The notes: a model not told the origin generated them from the sequence alone. Shown: positions 36,950 to 46,828, counted from the stretch's first letter. The stretch is DNA of 64,000 nucleotides from Nitrospirota bacterium (GCA_049325335.1 JBMOMC010000006.1:96001-160000), one strand, 5' to 3'. Numbers and translations are program-made.

Positions 36950-38287
36950 ATGGCCTGTGTGCGAAAGCGGCGAGGACGGTGGGTGATCGATTATCGAGAC
37001 CATCTCGGTCGCCGCGTGTGGGAATCCGTCGCCGGTACGCGGAAAGACGCCGACGACTTGCTCTCCCAACGTCTTCGTGAGGTGGGGCGGGGAGAATATC
37101 AGCCCCGGCGAGAGGAGCGGACGTTCGAGGAACTGGTCGAGGCCTATACGAACGCCCATATCAAAATGAACATCCGTAAAACCACTCGCAAAGATTACGA
37201 GGGACGAATCGCCCTCCACTTGAAGCCATATTTTCAAGGCTGGAAGATTCGGGCGATCTCGCCCGAGATCGTCGAGCGGTTCCGGGCACATCTGGTAGAG
37301 AACGGGGTCGGTCGTCGGACGGTCAACAAGTGTTTGATCATCCTGGGGGCGATGTTTCGCTACGCGATTCGACACCGTTGGGCCACGTTCAACCCGGCAG
37401 CCGAGGTCAAGAAACTCAAAGAGGGGTTGGAACATAGCGATCGACCGATCGACAACCATATCCTCCTGCCTCATGAGGTCCAGAAACTTCTGTCGAGCTT
37501 CAGCCCACAAGAGGAGCGGTGGCGCATTCTCGTAAAGACCGCAGTGTTGACCGGACTCCGACAGGGAGAGTTGCTGGGGCTGCAGTGGGGAGACATCGAC
37601 TGGAACGCCCGGCAGGTTTTTGTCCGACGGAGTTTCACGGCCGGCCAGTTCTATGAGCCGAAAACGAAGAGCTCTCGGCGGCGCGTCGATGTGCCGAGCG
37701 ATCTGCTTGCCGACCTAAAATCCTGGCGCCTGCAATGCCCGAAGGGTGAATTGGACTTGGTCTTTCCCAGCGGCGCCGGGAATCCGGAAAACCACGGCAA
37801 TGTGCTGCGGCGAGGATTCTATCCCGCGTTGCGGCGAGCCGGGCTGCGGTCCATTCGTTTCCACGATCTGCGCCACACGTACGCGAGTTTGCTGATCGCG
37901 AACAATGAGCACCCGAAGTACATCCAGACGCAGTTGGGCCATTCGTCGATCAAAGTGACGATGGATACCTACGGCCATCTCATGAAGGCGACGAACAATC
38001 AGGCGGCGGAGAAACTGGCGGCGCTGGTACTCGGTCCGAAAACGAATTTGAAAAAAAGTGGTAGCAAAACGGTAGCAACGGAAGGATTGGCGCAGGCGAG
38101 TAGTCTCACTAACCCCTTGATATTAAATGGTGCCGAGGGGGAGAATCGAACTCCCGACACAAGGCTTTTCAGGCCTCTGCTCTACCGACTGAGCTACCTC
38201 GGCGCCATGCGGCGATCAGGTGGGAAAAATCAAAGACCGAACCATAGCAAACGCATCAACGCGAAGTCAACGCACGGCACTATTTGA
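36950..38287 (+). CDS. Tyrosine integrase; ORF reads through the att site and the antisense tRNA
   Basis: N-terminal arm-binding domain, GLRQGELLGL, FHDLRH, LGHS, TYGH. Confidence 0.95.
   Translation: MACVRKRRGRWVIDYRDHLGRRVWESVAGTRKDADDLLSQRLREVGRGEYQPRREERTFEELVEAYTNAHIKMNIRKTTRKDYEGRIALHLKPYFQGWKIRAISPEIVERFRAHLVENGVGRRTVNKCLIILGAMFRYAIRHRWATFNPAAEVKKLKEGLEHSDRPIDNHILLPHEVQKLLSSFSPQEERWRILVKTAVLTGLRQGELLGLQWGDIDWNARQVFVRRSFTAGQFYEPKTKSSRRRVDVPSDLLADLKSWRLQCPKGELDLVFPSGAGNPENHGNVLRRGFYPALRRAGLRSIRFHDLRHTYASLLIANNEHPKYIQTQLGHSSIKVTMDTYGHLMKATNNQAAEKLAALVLGPKTNLKKSGSKTVATEGLAQASSLTNPLILNGAEGENRTPDTRLFRPLLYRLSYLGAMRRSGGKNQRPNHSKRINAKSTHGTI
38060..38122. promoter_or_regulatory. att-site arm: tandem GGTAGCAA repeats and an IHF consensus site
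   Basis: GGTAGCAA at 38060-38067 and 38071-38078; TATCAAGGGGTTA (WATCAA-N4-TTR) on the minus strand at 38110-38122. Confidence 0.65.
38128..38203 (-). tRNA. tRNA-Phe(GAA), CCA encoded; integration site
   Basis: GCCGAGG-TAGCTCAGTCGGTAGAGC-A-GAGGC-CTGAAAA-GCCTT-GTGTC-GGGAGTTCGATTCTCCC-CCTCGGC-ACCA, 76 nt. Confidence 0.98.
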
Positions 38288-40193
38288 TCTTCATCCCGGG
38301 CTGCACGGGTTCGACGTAGGCGAGCAACGCCGTCACCTCTTTATCGCCCGCGGCCAGGATCATGCCTTGGGATTCGATGCCCATGAGTTTGGCGGGTTTG
38401 AGGTTGGCCACTACCGCGACCAAACGGCCGATCAATGCGTCGGGCTCGTACTTGGTGCCGATGCCCGCGACGATCTGTCGCGTCTCGGTTCCCAGATCCA
38501 CTTGGAGCTTGAGGAGTTTCGAGGATTTGGGCACGCGTTCGGCCGCGAGGATTTTACCCACGCGCAATTCGACCTTGGCGAACTCGTCGATGCTGATCTG
38601 AACGGGCTGCGGCGCGGGAGTCGGCGCGGCAGCCTGAACCGGTTGGTCGGCCGCCGGCGCGGCAACAGGTGGTGTTTCGGACACGGAGGTTCTCCTGGGA
38701 AATAACGCTGGTGGTTTCAAGATCTGCTGGCCTTTGGCGAGATAGCCCCATGCGACGGGCCCGCAATCCTGGGTCTTCGACAACCCCAGGCTGTCCGCAA
38801 TAGCGAGCGCCGTGGCGGGCATGAACGGGGAGATCAATCGGGCCACGTGGCGGAGGGTTTCCGCCAGCGCGTACAACACGTCGTCGAGCCGGACGCGCTG
38901 GGCCGGATCTTTCGCCAGGCTCCATGGGGCGGATGACTCGATGTAGCGGTTGGCGCGATCGATGACCAGCCAGATTTCCTGCAACGCGCGATGGAATTGG
39001 AACGCAGCCAGCGAGGCGTCCACCTCGCGGTGGGCCGCGGCCGTCAGTTCCTCGAACCCGTCGTCCGGGCCTTGCGCGGGCAGGCGCCCCCCGGCGTAGC
39101 GCTCGATCATGGTGAGGGTGCGGCTCACCAGATTGCCGAGGTCGTTGGCCAGATCGCTGTTGTAACGGCTCACGAGCGCGTCGCGCGAAAAATCGCCGTC
39201 CTGTCCGAACGGGACTTCGCGCAGCACGAAATACCGGAACGGGTCCACGCCGAACTCGCCCGCCACCGTGCCGGGGTCCACCACGTTGCCGCGGCTTTTG
39301 GACATTTTCTCGCCGTCCACCGTCCACCACCCGTGCGCGAAAATCGTCCGGGGCAGCGGAAGGTCGAGCGCCATGAGCAGGGTGGACCAGTAGACCGCAT
39401 GCGTCGTCAAAATGTCCTTGCCGACCAAGTGCACGGTCGCAGGCCACCACCGGTCGAATCGCGCGGTGTCGGTCGCGTAGCCGGGGATCGAAATGTAGTT
39501 GACCAACGCGTCCACCCACACGTAGGTGACGAACGCGTCGTCGAAGGGAAACGGTACGCCCCACGGCAGCCGCGCTTTGGGGCGCGAGATGCACAGGTCG
39601 TTGAGTGGTTGCGCCAGGAATCCCAACACTTCGTTGCGGCGGCTTTCCGGGCGGATGAAATCCCGGTGGGTCTCGACGTGCTGAAGCAGGCGCCGCTGAT
39701 AGTGGCTCATTCGGAAAAAGTAGTTGGTTTCGGCGAGCCGCTCCACTGGACGCCGGCATTCGGGACATAAGCCGTCCACCACTTCGTCGTCGGCCCAGAA
39801 GCGCTCATCGGGGAGGCAGTACCATCCTTGATAGGTCTGCTGATACAACTCGCCGCGGTCGCGAAGCCGCGTGAGCACGTCTTGCACCACCGTGGTGTGG
39901 CGCGCCTGCGTGGTGCGCACAAAGTCGTCGTGGGAGATATCGAGCCGCTTCCAGAGCTCCTGGAACCGCACGACCAATTCGTCCACGTGCTGCTGCGGAG
40001 GCACGCCGCGTCTGGTCGCGGCCTGGTGGACTTTTTGTCCGTGCTCGTCGGTGCCGGTGAGAAAGAACACGTCGTCCCCGCGTAAGCGGTGGTGTCGCGC
40101 TAAGACGTCGGCGGCGATGGTGGTGTAGGCGTGCCCGATGTGGGGAACGTCGTTCACATAATAGATCGGGGTGGTGATGTAGTAGGCCGTCAC
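38280..40193 (-). CDS. metG: Methionyl-tRNA synthetase with C-terminal tRNA-binding domain
   Basis: YITTPIYYVND.PHIGHAY, KMSKS; GTG start 40193. Confidence 0.97.
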   Translation of the reverse strand: MTAYYITTPIYYVNDVPHIGHAYTTIAADVLARHHRLRGDDVFFLTGTDEHGQKVHQAATRRGVPPQQHVDELVVRFQELWKRLDISHDDFVRTTQARHTTVVQDVLTRLRDRGELYQQTYQGWYCLPDERFWADDEVVDGLCPECRRPVERLAETNYFFRMSHYQRRLLQHVETHRDFIRPESRRNEVLGFLAQPLNDLCISRPKARLPWGVPFPFDDAFVTYVWVDALVNYISIPGYATDTARFDRWWPATVHLVGKDILTTHAVYWSTLLMALDLPLPRTIFAHGWWTVDGEKMSKSRGNVVDPGTVAGEFGVDPFRYFVLREVPFGQDGDFSRDALVSRYNSDLANDLGNLVSRTLTMIERYAGGRLPAQGPDDGFEELTAAAHREVDASLAAFQFHRALQEIWLVIDRANRYIESSAPWSLAKDPAQRVRLDDVLYALAETLRHVARLISPFMPATALAIADSLGLSKTQDCGPVAWGYLAKGQQILKPPALFPRRTSVSETPPVAAPAADQPVQAAAPTPAPQPVQISIDEFAKVELRVGKILAAERVPKSSKLLKLQVDLGTETRQIVAGIGTKYEPDALIGRLVAVVANLKPAKLMGIESQGMILAAGDKEVTALLAYVEPVQPGMKIK

Positions 40194-40219
40194 GCCAGCT
40201 CGTTCAAAAGGCCAACTGC

Positions 40220-40294
40220 GGGCGTATGCCATACGCCCCTACAACGGCAAAGGCATCCGATCGGATGTGTGTAGGGGCGCACGGCCGTGCGCCC
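40220..40294. repeat. Inverted pair of GTAG-type REP palindromes (REPIN-like)
   Basis: GTAGGGGCGTATGGCATACGCCC (minus, 40220-40242) and GTAGGGGCGCACGGCCGTGCGCCC (40271-40294) around palindrome CATCCGATCGGATG. Confidence 0.8.
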
Positions 40295-40325
40295 GCGGTG
40301 AACCGTCGTTGTGTTGCTCCCGGTT

Positions 40326-41012
40326 TCATGTCTGAAGTTGCACGAGCTTTGGCTGCTTCGGCTCCGGGCCGTAGTACTCGTAGGCCAAGCAGCATTTGAG
40401 ACGGCCGCAGGAGCCGAGGAGTTGGGAATTGTTGACCGGGAGGTTTTGGGCCTTGACCATTTTGGTGGTCACGGGGTGGAACTTGGTCAGAAAGAGCGAG
40501 CAACACAGTTGCAGTCCGCAGGAGCCGACGCCGCCGAGCAGTCCGGCTTCGTCGCGCACGCCGATCTGTTTCATTTCGATGCGCGCGCGGAACTTGCCCG
40601 CCAGGTCCTTGACCAGGGCGCGAAAATCCACGCGCTGTTCGGCGGAAAATGACACGATCACCTTGCTCCGATCGAACAGCACTTCCACGTCGGAGAGCCG
40701 CATGTCCAGACGGTGTCCGGCGATCCCTTCGCGGCAGGCGTCGCGGATCTGCTGCGCGCGGGTCCGGCATTCCTGGATCCGTTCCACGTCGCGGTCCGTG
40801 GCCTTGCGCACGATGGGCCGAAGGGCCGACCCCCCGTTGAATTGCGGGAGCAACGGCCGCGACGGCAAGAACACCCGCGCGGGTGTGAGCCGTTCGGTCT
40901 TAACCAGCACCCAGTCGCCGCGTTCCAGGTCGAAGTCGGTGGGGTTGTAATAGTAGGTTTTGCCCTGGTCCCAGATTTTGACCGCAACGGTTTTTTTTAA
41001 TGGCGCGTTCAT
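40326..41012 (-). CDS. PSP1/RicT (YaaT) domain protein
   Basis: RVDFRALVKDL, RIEMKQIGVRDEA, CGLQLCC, CGRLKCCLAYE. Confidence 0.92.
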   Translation of the reverse strand: MNAPLKKTVAVKIWDQGKTYYYNPTDFDLERGDWVLVKTERLTPARVFLPSRPLLPQFNGGSALRPIVRKATDRDVERIQECRTRAQQIRDACREGIAGHRLDMRLSDVEVLFDRSKVIVSFSAEQRVDFRALVKDLAGKFRARIEMKQIGVRDEAGLLGGVGSCGLQLCCSLFLTKFHPVTTKMVKAQNLPVNNSQLLGSCGRLKCCLAYEYYGPEPKQPKLVQLQT

Positions 41013-42049
41013 CGAGTCCGTTCCATCGCAGGCCCCGACGGCCCCACGCGAAGTGAGAGATTGAGCAGCGCGACCTCCGCGGCCAACTGCGGATTCAGGT
41101 TGCGGGTGGTCGCCAACCAGAGCGCGTGCAGGCCGGACGCGGCCTCCAACACCTCGTCCACGGTTAAACGGTTTGCCCACCACGCGAGGTCCTCCCGGCG
41201 GTGGGCGTTGAGGACGCGCGCGGGGTCGCCGGCGGCCTGCCACGCGAGCACGTCGCGCAGCCAGAGCGTCAGCCACGCGAGCAATGCACGGAGGGCGTCT
41301 TGATCCTTGCCCACGCGTTCCGCCACGTCCAACACGCGCGGCGGCGCCGCGATCACGGCGGGATCGCCCAGGTCGTCGAACGCCACGGCTGCGTCGGTGT
41401 CGTGGCCGGCCGCGCGCACCGCGGGGCCGACACGACCTTGCGCGACGGCCAGGATGCGTCGGGCGTCATCGGGCGTTGCGCCGAGCGCGCCGGTTAAATG
41501 GCCCAGCACCGCCTCGGGCGGAGGGGCCGCGCAGCGGATCACTTGGCAACGCGAAAGGATCGTGGGCAGCAGCCGATCTCGTTGGGCCGTTACCAGCAGA
41601 AATATCGCGTGGCCCGGGGGTTCCTCCAGAATCTTGAGCAGCCCATTGGACGATTCTGCGTTCAGCCGTGCGGCCTCGGGAACGAGCACGACGCGGCGCG
41701 CGGCGGTCAGCGGTCGGTACGGGAGTTCGGCTTGCAAGCGGCGGACTTGGTCGATCGTGACCACCGACGCGTCCTCGGGTTCCAGCGTGAAGAGATCAGG
41801 GTGCCCGGCCGCGTCGTGTTGGCGGCACGACCGGCACGCGCCGCACGGCTCCATGTCCGCGGTCCCGCCCACCGGCGCCTCGCACTGGATCAGGCGCGCC
41901 CAGATCACTGCGAGCGTGCGCTTGCCGATATCAGACTCGCCCACGAACAGGTACGCGGAGCCGAGCCGGTTCGCGGCGACCGCGGAACGCAACCGCGCGA
42001 TGACCGGGCCGTGGCCGATCAGTTCGGCAAATCGGGTGGGCGCGTTCAT
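41009..42049 (-). CDS. holB: DNA polymerase III subunit delta'
   Basis: AYLFVG...GK, PCG.C.SC, HPD, LLKILEEPP, LPTILSRC. Confidence 0.93.
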   Translation of the reverse strand: MNAPTRFAELIGHGPVIARLRSAVAANRLGSAYLFVGESDIGKRTLAVIWARLIQCEAPVGGTADMEPCGACRSCRQHDAAGHPDLFTLEPEDASVVTIDQVRRLQAELPYRPLTAARRVVLVPEAARLNAESSNGLLKILEEPPGHAIFLLVTAQRDRLLPTILSRCQVIRCAAPPPEAVLGHLTGALGATPDDARRILAVAQGRVGPAVRAAGHDTDAAVAFDDLGDPAVIAAPPRVLDVAERVGKDQDALRALLAWLTLWLRDVLAWQAAGDPARVLNAHRREDLAWWANRLTVDEVLEAASGLHALWLATTRNLNPQLAAEVALLNLSLRVGPSGPAMERTR

Positions 42050-42720
42050 GAGCAGCCTCCGGCCGTTGCGGCGATACAGAGCGGTTCAGCCGCGGTCCAG
42101 ATGGCCCGACGGACCTCGTCGAGCGACCGGCGCGCGTCCACGATCGCGAATCGGTCCGGCGCGGCTGCGGCGAGGGTGAGGTACCCCTCGCGCACGCGGC
42201 GGTGGAACGCCACGGTTTCGCCGTCGAGGCGATTCGGGTCCCGCCGTTCCCGCACGCGCAACAACCCATCCTCTACGGGGATGTCCAACAGGATCACGAG
42301 GTCGGGTTCGATGCCGCCCGCGGCGAATCGGGTCAGGGCGGCGACCGCATCGAGGGGCAGGCCGCGTCCGTAGGCCTGGTAGGCCAAGGTGGCCTCCGTG
42401 AATCGGTCGCACAAGACCAACGCGCCGCGTTCCAGCGCGGGCCGGATCACGCGGTCCACGTGTTCGGCGCGGCTCGCCAGATACAACAAGAGCTCGGCGC
42501 GGGCCGACATCCCGGCAAAGGCGTGATCGAGCACCACGCCCCGGATCACCTCGCTCAGCGGAGTCCCGCCGGGTTCGCGCGTGGTGATCGTGGCAATGCC
42601 GCGATCCGTCAACGCGGCGGCGAGCGCGGCGAGTTGCGTGGACTTGCCGCTGCCGTCCACGCCTTCAAACGTGATGAAGCGGCCGGGGCGCGACTTCGCG
42701 GCTCGTGACGGGCCGGTCAT
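42046..42720 (-). CDS. tmk: Thymidylate kinase
   Basis: FITFEGVDGSGKST, TREPGG, CDRF, AYQ. Confidence 0.96.
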   Translation of the reverse strand: MTGPSRAAKSRPGRFITFEGVDGSGKSTQLAALAAALTDRGIATITTREPGGTPLSEVIRGVVLDHAFAGMSARAELLLYLASRAEHVDRVIRPALERGALVLCDRFTEATLAYQAYGRGLPLDAVAALTRFAAGGIEPDLVILLDIPVEDGLLRVRERRDPNRLDGETVAFHRRVREGYLTLAAAAPDRFAIVDARRSLDEVRRAIWTAAEPLCIAATAGGCS

Positions 42721-44528
42721 GCCGCGGACAACGCGATCTGCGTGACGCCGGTGGCGGCCGCCACCGGCGTGTTGGTCAGGAGAACAATTTGACGATCTCC
42801 CGCGGCGGCGGCCAACACGGCGACCAACGCCGCGCGTCCCTCCGGATCAAGGCCGGACAGCGGGTCATCCAGAATCAACGGCAGGCCCAGCCCCGCGCGC
42901 CGTGCGGTCCACGCGCCCAGGACCACGGCCAGTCGGACGGCGAGCACTTCGCCGGAGCTGAGCGCGTCGAGGGGCGTCTGGTCGGACGATCCGCGTCGCA
43001 TGACGCAGACCGTCCCGTCCCGTTCGCACACGGCGGTGATGCGCCCGTCGGATAAGGCGGCCACGTACCGATCGATCTCGGCCGCGTGTTCGCGCAACGG
43101 CGCGAATCCGCCGCCGTCGCTCGGCGCCGGTTGTGCGGACGGCGGGATGAGCGCGGGGGCGGCATCCAGTTCCCGCGTGATGAGCCGGATGGCGTCGCGG
43201 AGGCTTTCGACGTCCGCGTCCTCGCCGTCGCCGCGAATCAACGTGTCGGCGGCGGTCTTGGCGGTCCGCCACTCGGTCTCCAGGTCCGCGCGGGACTTGC
43301 CGCCCAAGACCGCGGCTTCTTCTCGGTCGAACGCCTGCACCCCGGCCGCCCATTCCTTGGCCGCGCGGCGATGGGCCTTGAACGTCTCGGCGTCGGCGGA
43401 TTTGGTCTGCGCGATGAGGGCCATCAACGCGGCGTAGGGTTTCTTGAGGCGGTCGTCGAGTTTAGCGGTCTTCTTGCGGACATCGGCCAACGCGGACTCC
43501 GCCGCGCGCCTGGCGGCCTGACGCCGGAAATCCATGACCAACGAGGCGACCAAGAGGCCTAACCCCGCGACCAAGCCGACCAAGTAGACGGCGCGGTACC
43601 ACCCCGACAGCGGCACGAACAACGCGATGACAAACGAGAGCCCGGTGACGCCCGCGCCGGCCTGGAACATCGGCGCTTTCAGGAAGGGCGTGCCTCCGGA
43701 CTCCTCGACGCGGGCGACCAGTTCGGAAGCCTGTTCGGCCAACGCGGTCCGTTCCTGCTCGACCGCGGGAACGGCTTTCAGGTAGGCCTCGATCAACGCA
43801 TCGAGGTTCTCCGGACCTTGGAGAAACGGCTGCATCTCGTCCGCGCGCGCGGCCGCGTCTTTCCGGCGCGCATCGAGCGCGTCCAGCGCGGCGAGCTTCT
43901 TGCGTAATTCGGTCTCGCGCGCCGTGGCCGCGGCCCGTTTGTCGGCGGATTCAGCGGCTTGTTCCGCGCGCGACAAGCGGCCGTGCAGCTCCGCCAGCCG
44001 CGAGACCTTGGCCGCGCGTTCCTCCGGAGAGAGGGCCGCGGCAACCGGCTGCAGCGGCGACGCGTCATCGCCGCGCCACGAGGGGGCCTCGGCGGCCGCG
44101 CTCATGGGAAGTGGGGATCGGGGCGACCAGACCGATGCGGAATGCGCTTGGGCCAAGGTCAGCCCGCCGCACTCGGCGTTCCACGGAGCGTCGGAGGCGT
44201 CCGCCTCGACCGGCGCGAACGCGCGCGACCCGAAATCCCATTTGAGCGTCTGCGTCATGCCTTTGCCGAAATCTCGAATCACGCGATAAATTTCTCCGCT
44301 CCGCGCTTTCACGGTGACCGCGGCCTGCGAGGCCTCTCCGGCGGGGCCGGGCGGCAACGTGAGCGTGTCCGGCGGCGCCCCGAACAGCAGTACCTCGAGA
44401 CAGTCGACCAACGTGGTTTTGCCCGCTCCCGTCCGTCCTGAGATGACGTTCAGCCCGGGTTTTAAGGGCAATTTGGTCACCTGGCGGAAGGAGCGAACCC
44501 CCAGGCAGGCGAGCTCGATGATGATCAT
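42717..44528 (-). CDS. SMC/Rad50-like (YhaN/AAA_23-like) coiled-coil ATPase with central TM hairpin
   Basis: GRTGAGKTT, LSSGE, LILDDP; hydrophobic pair in the mid coiled coil. Confidence 0.75.
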   Translation of the reverse strand: MIIIELACLGVRSFRQVTKLPLKPGLNVISGRTGAGKTTLVDCLEVLLFGAPPDTLTLPPGPAGEASQAAVTVKARSGEIYRVIRDFGKGMTQTLKWDFGSRAFAPVEADASDAPWNAECGGLTLAQAHSASVWSPRSPLPMSAAAEAPSWRGDDASPLQPVAAALSPEERAAKVSRLAELHGRLSRAEQAAESADKRAAATARETELRKKLAALDALDARRKDAAARADEMQPFLQGPENLDALIEAYLKAVPAVEQERTALAEQASELVARVEESGGTPFLKAPMFQAGAGVTGLSFVIALFVPLSGWYRAVYLVGLVAGLGLLVASLVMDFRRQAARRAAESALADVRKKTAKLDDRLKKPYAALMALIAQTKSADAETFKAHRRAAKEWAAGVQAFDREEAAVLGGKSRADLETEWRTAKTAADTLIRGDGEDADVESLRDAIRLITRELDAAPALIPPSAQPAPSDGGGFAPLREHAAEIDRYVAALSDGRITAVCERDGTVCVMRRGSSDQTPLDALSSGEVLAVRLAVVLGAWTARRAGLGLPLILDDPLSGLDPEGRAALVAVLAAAAGDRQIVLLTNTPVAAATGVTQIALSAA

Positions 44529-44624
44529 TCGGTCGGGTCGGCGTGGGTCCGCACGCGCGGCATCCTACGTCACTCGGCGGAAAATTGCAAACCGCGGGCG
44601 CGGCGGATAAGTTCTTGCATCACG

Positions 44625-45347
44625 TTGAAAAACTTAGTAGAGTGGTCGCGCGTTTCGCGCGGCCGTTCGTTCGATCGACGCGTGTGCTCGACGGTCGAAC
44701 GCGGCGTCGGCGGAGGGATCGGCATCCAGAATCGACTGAAACGATATTTTGTCACGGGCCTGCTGGTCGTCACTCCGCTCTGGGGGACGTACCTGATCCT
44801 GAAAGCCTTGTTCCTCTCCCTGGAAGGCGTGTTGGGAAATCTCCTCGCGTCGCACACGCAGTTCTACATCCCGGGGCTGGGAATCGTGGTGCTCGCCGTG
44901 ATGTTGTTGGTGGTGGGGATGTTGGCCACCAACATCTTCGGTCGCAAACTCGTGCAGGCGTGGGAAAATCTGCTCAAGCGCGTGCCGGTGGTCAAAACGA
45001 TCTACCAGGTCCTCAAGGCCGTGATGGACACGTTTTCGATCCATAACCGGGAGCAATTCAGCCGGGTGGTTCTCGTGGAGTTTCCGCGTAAAGGCCAATA
45101 CTCGATCGCGTTCGTGACCGGGATCACCCGGGGTGAGATCCAGCGGATCACACCCGAACGTTTGGTCAACGTGTACGTGCCCACCACGCCGAATCCGACG
45201 TCGGGATACTTCCTGTTTGTCCCGGAACCCGAGATCATTCCGCTCTCCATGAGCGTGGAGGACGGGATGAAGATGATCATCTCCGGCGGGATGTACACGC
45301 CGGCGAGCGGCGATGAGCCGGCGCCGTCCGGAGCGCCCGCGCGATGA
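44625..45347 (+). CDS. DUF502 membrane protein
   Basis: YFVTGLLV..P, RVPVVKTIY, VLVEFPR, YVPTTPNPTSG; start uncertain. Confidence 0.9.
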   Translation: MKNLVEWSRVSRGRSFDRRVCSTVERGVGGGIGIQNRLKRYFVTGLLVVTPLWGTYLILKALFLSLEGVLGNLLASHTQFYIPGLGIVVLAVMLLVVGMLATNIFGRKLVQAWENLLKRVPVVKTIYQVLKAVMDTFSIHNREQFSRVVLVEFPRKGQYSIAFVTGITRGEIQRITPERLVNVYVPTTPNPTSGYFLFVPEPEIIPLSMSVEDGMKMIISGGMYTPASGDEPAPSGAPAR

Positions 45348-46807
45348 CGACACGGCGCGCGGATCTGGCCGTGATCGTCATGGCAGCGGGACACGGCAAA
45401 CGCATGAAGTCCGCGTTGCCCAAGGTGTTGCACCCGGTGGGCGGGCGGCCCATGGTGGAGTATCCGCTGCGTGCGGCCGAGGCGCTGGGCGCTGCGCGCG
45501 TGGCGGTCGTGGTGGGCCACGGGGGCGACGCGGTGGCGGAATTCATCGGCAACCGCGCGTTGATCGCGCGCCAGGACCCGCCGCGCGGCACCGGCGACGC
45601 GGTGCGGTGCGCGTTGGCGCGGATGCCCGAGTTCGCGGGGACCGTGGTGGTGCTCAGCGGGGACACGCCGCTGGTGCGGCCGGAGACTGTGCAACGGCTG
45701 TTGACCCGGCACCGCGACGCGGGCGCGGCCGTAACGCTGGCGACCATGCGGCTCGATAACCCCGCGGGGTACGGCCGCGTGTTGATGGGCGCGGAGGGCC
45801 GCGTGGCCGGCGTGGTCGAGGAGCGCGACGCGACGCACGATCAACGGGCCATTCGCGACGTCAACGCCGGGTTGTACGCGCTGGAGGCCGAGTTTTTGCG
45901 CGGCGCGCTGGATGCGCTCAAACCGGACAACGCGCAGGGCGAGTATTATCTCCCGGACGTGATTGCTCCGGCGGTCGAGCGTGGCTTGGCCGTGCGCGGG
46001 GAGCCGGTCGATCCCGAAGAGGTGTCGGGCGTGAATACCCGATCGGAATTGGCGGGCGTGGAATCCGTGATGCGCGAGCGCATCCGGCAACGCTGGATGG
46101 CCGAGGGGGTGACCTTGCTCGATCCCGCGCGGATTTGGATCGACGACGCGGTTGTGATCGGATCGGACACCGTGATCGCGCCAGGGGCCTGGATCGAAGG
46201 CGACACCGTGGTGGGATCGGGCTGCCGCATCGGTCCGTCGAGCCACATCACGCACAGTCGGCTCGGGAACGGCGTCACGGTCAAGGACGGCTGTGTGATC
46301 GACGAGGCGGTGATCGAAGACCACGCTACGATCGGCCCGTTCGCGCACTTGCGGCCCGGCACGGTCCTGCGGCGCGACGCGCGCGTGGGCAACTTCGTGG
46401 AACTGAAGATGGCGGACCTGGGCCCCGGCTCCAAGGCGAACCATTTGAGTTATTTGGGGGACGCGGTGATCGGCGCGGGGGTGAATATCGGCGCCGGCAC
46501 CATCACGTGCAACTACGACGGGGTGAAGAAGTCGCGCACCGTGATCGAAAACAACGTGTTTATCGGCAGCGACAGCCAACTGGTGGCGCCGGTCACGGTG
46601 GGCAAGGGCGCGATCGTGGCGGCCGGCACCACGGTGACCCAGGACGTGCCGCCGGACGCCTTGGTCATCGGCCGCGTGCGGCAGCTCGTCAAAAAAGGAT
46701 GGGCCTCGGCCCTGCGGGCGACGACGCCCGCGCGGACGACAAAAACGAAGCCATCCGGTTCGAGCAAACCGAAGGCGCGGGCTCGAAGGACCAGCAAGAA
46801 ACGGTAA
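45344..46807 (+). CDS. glmU: Bifunctional UDP-GlcNAc pyrophosphorylase/GlcN-1-P acetyltransferase
   Basis: MAAGHGKRMKS.LPKVLH, hexapeptide repeats, HLSYLGD, TCNYDG. Confidence 0.97.
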   Translation: MTTRRADLAVIVMAAGHGKRMKSALPKVLHPVGGRPMVEYPLRAAEALGAARVAVVVGHGGDAVAEFIGNRALIARQDPPRGTGDAVRCALARMPEFAGTVVVLSGDTPLVRPETVQRLLTRHRDAGAAVTLATMRLDNPAGYGRVLMGAEGRVAGVVEERDATHDQRAIRDVNAGLYALEAEFLRGALDALKPDNAQGEYYLPDVIAPAVERGLAVRGEPVDPEEVSGVNTRSELAGVESVMRERIRQRWMAEGVTLLDPARIWIDDAVVIGSDTVIAPGAWIEGDTVVGSGCRIGPSSHITHSRLGNGVTVKDGCVIDEAVIEDHATIGPFAHLRPGTVLRRDARVGNFVELKMADLGPGSKANHLSYLGDAVIGAGVNIGAGTITCNYDGVKKSRTVIENNVFIGSDSQLVAPVTVGKGAIVAAGTTVTQDVPPDALVIGRVRQLVKKGWASALRATTPARTTKTKPSGSSKPKARARRTSKKR

Positions 46808-46828
46808 TCCCGGAAAGGCGGACACGGT

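Larger units (their letters stand above)
14517..38203. mobile_element. F-type (MPF-F) integrative conjugative element integrated at tRNA-Phe. The left end is not seen; the element probably extends past position 1 and includes the metal island.
   Basis: tra genes, TA pair, ParMR, ssb/radC/DUF932, primase, Xis, and an integrase abutting the tRNA 3' end. No second tRNA fragment was noticed in the window. Confidence 0.88.

Noticed and set aside
40194..40232. ATG 40232 start for metG
   Set aside because: Falls inside a REP; homology begins at GTG 40193.
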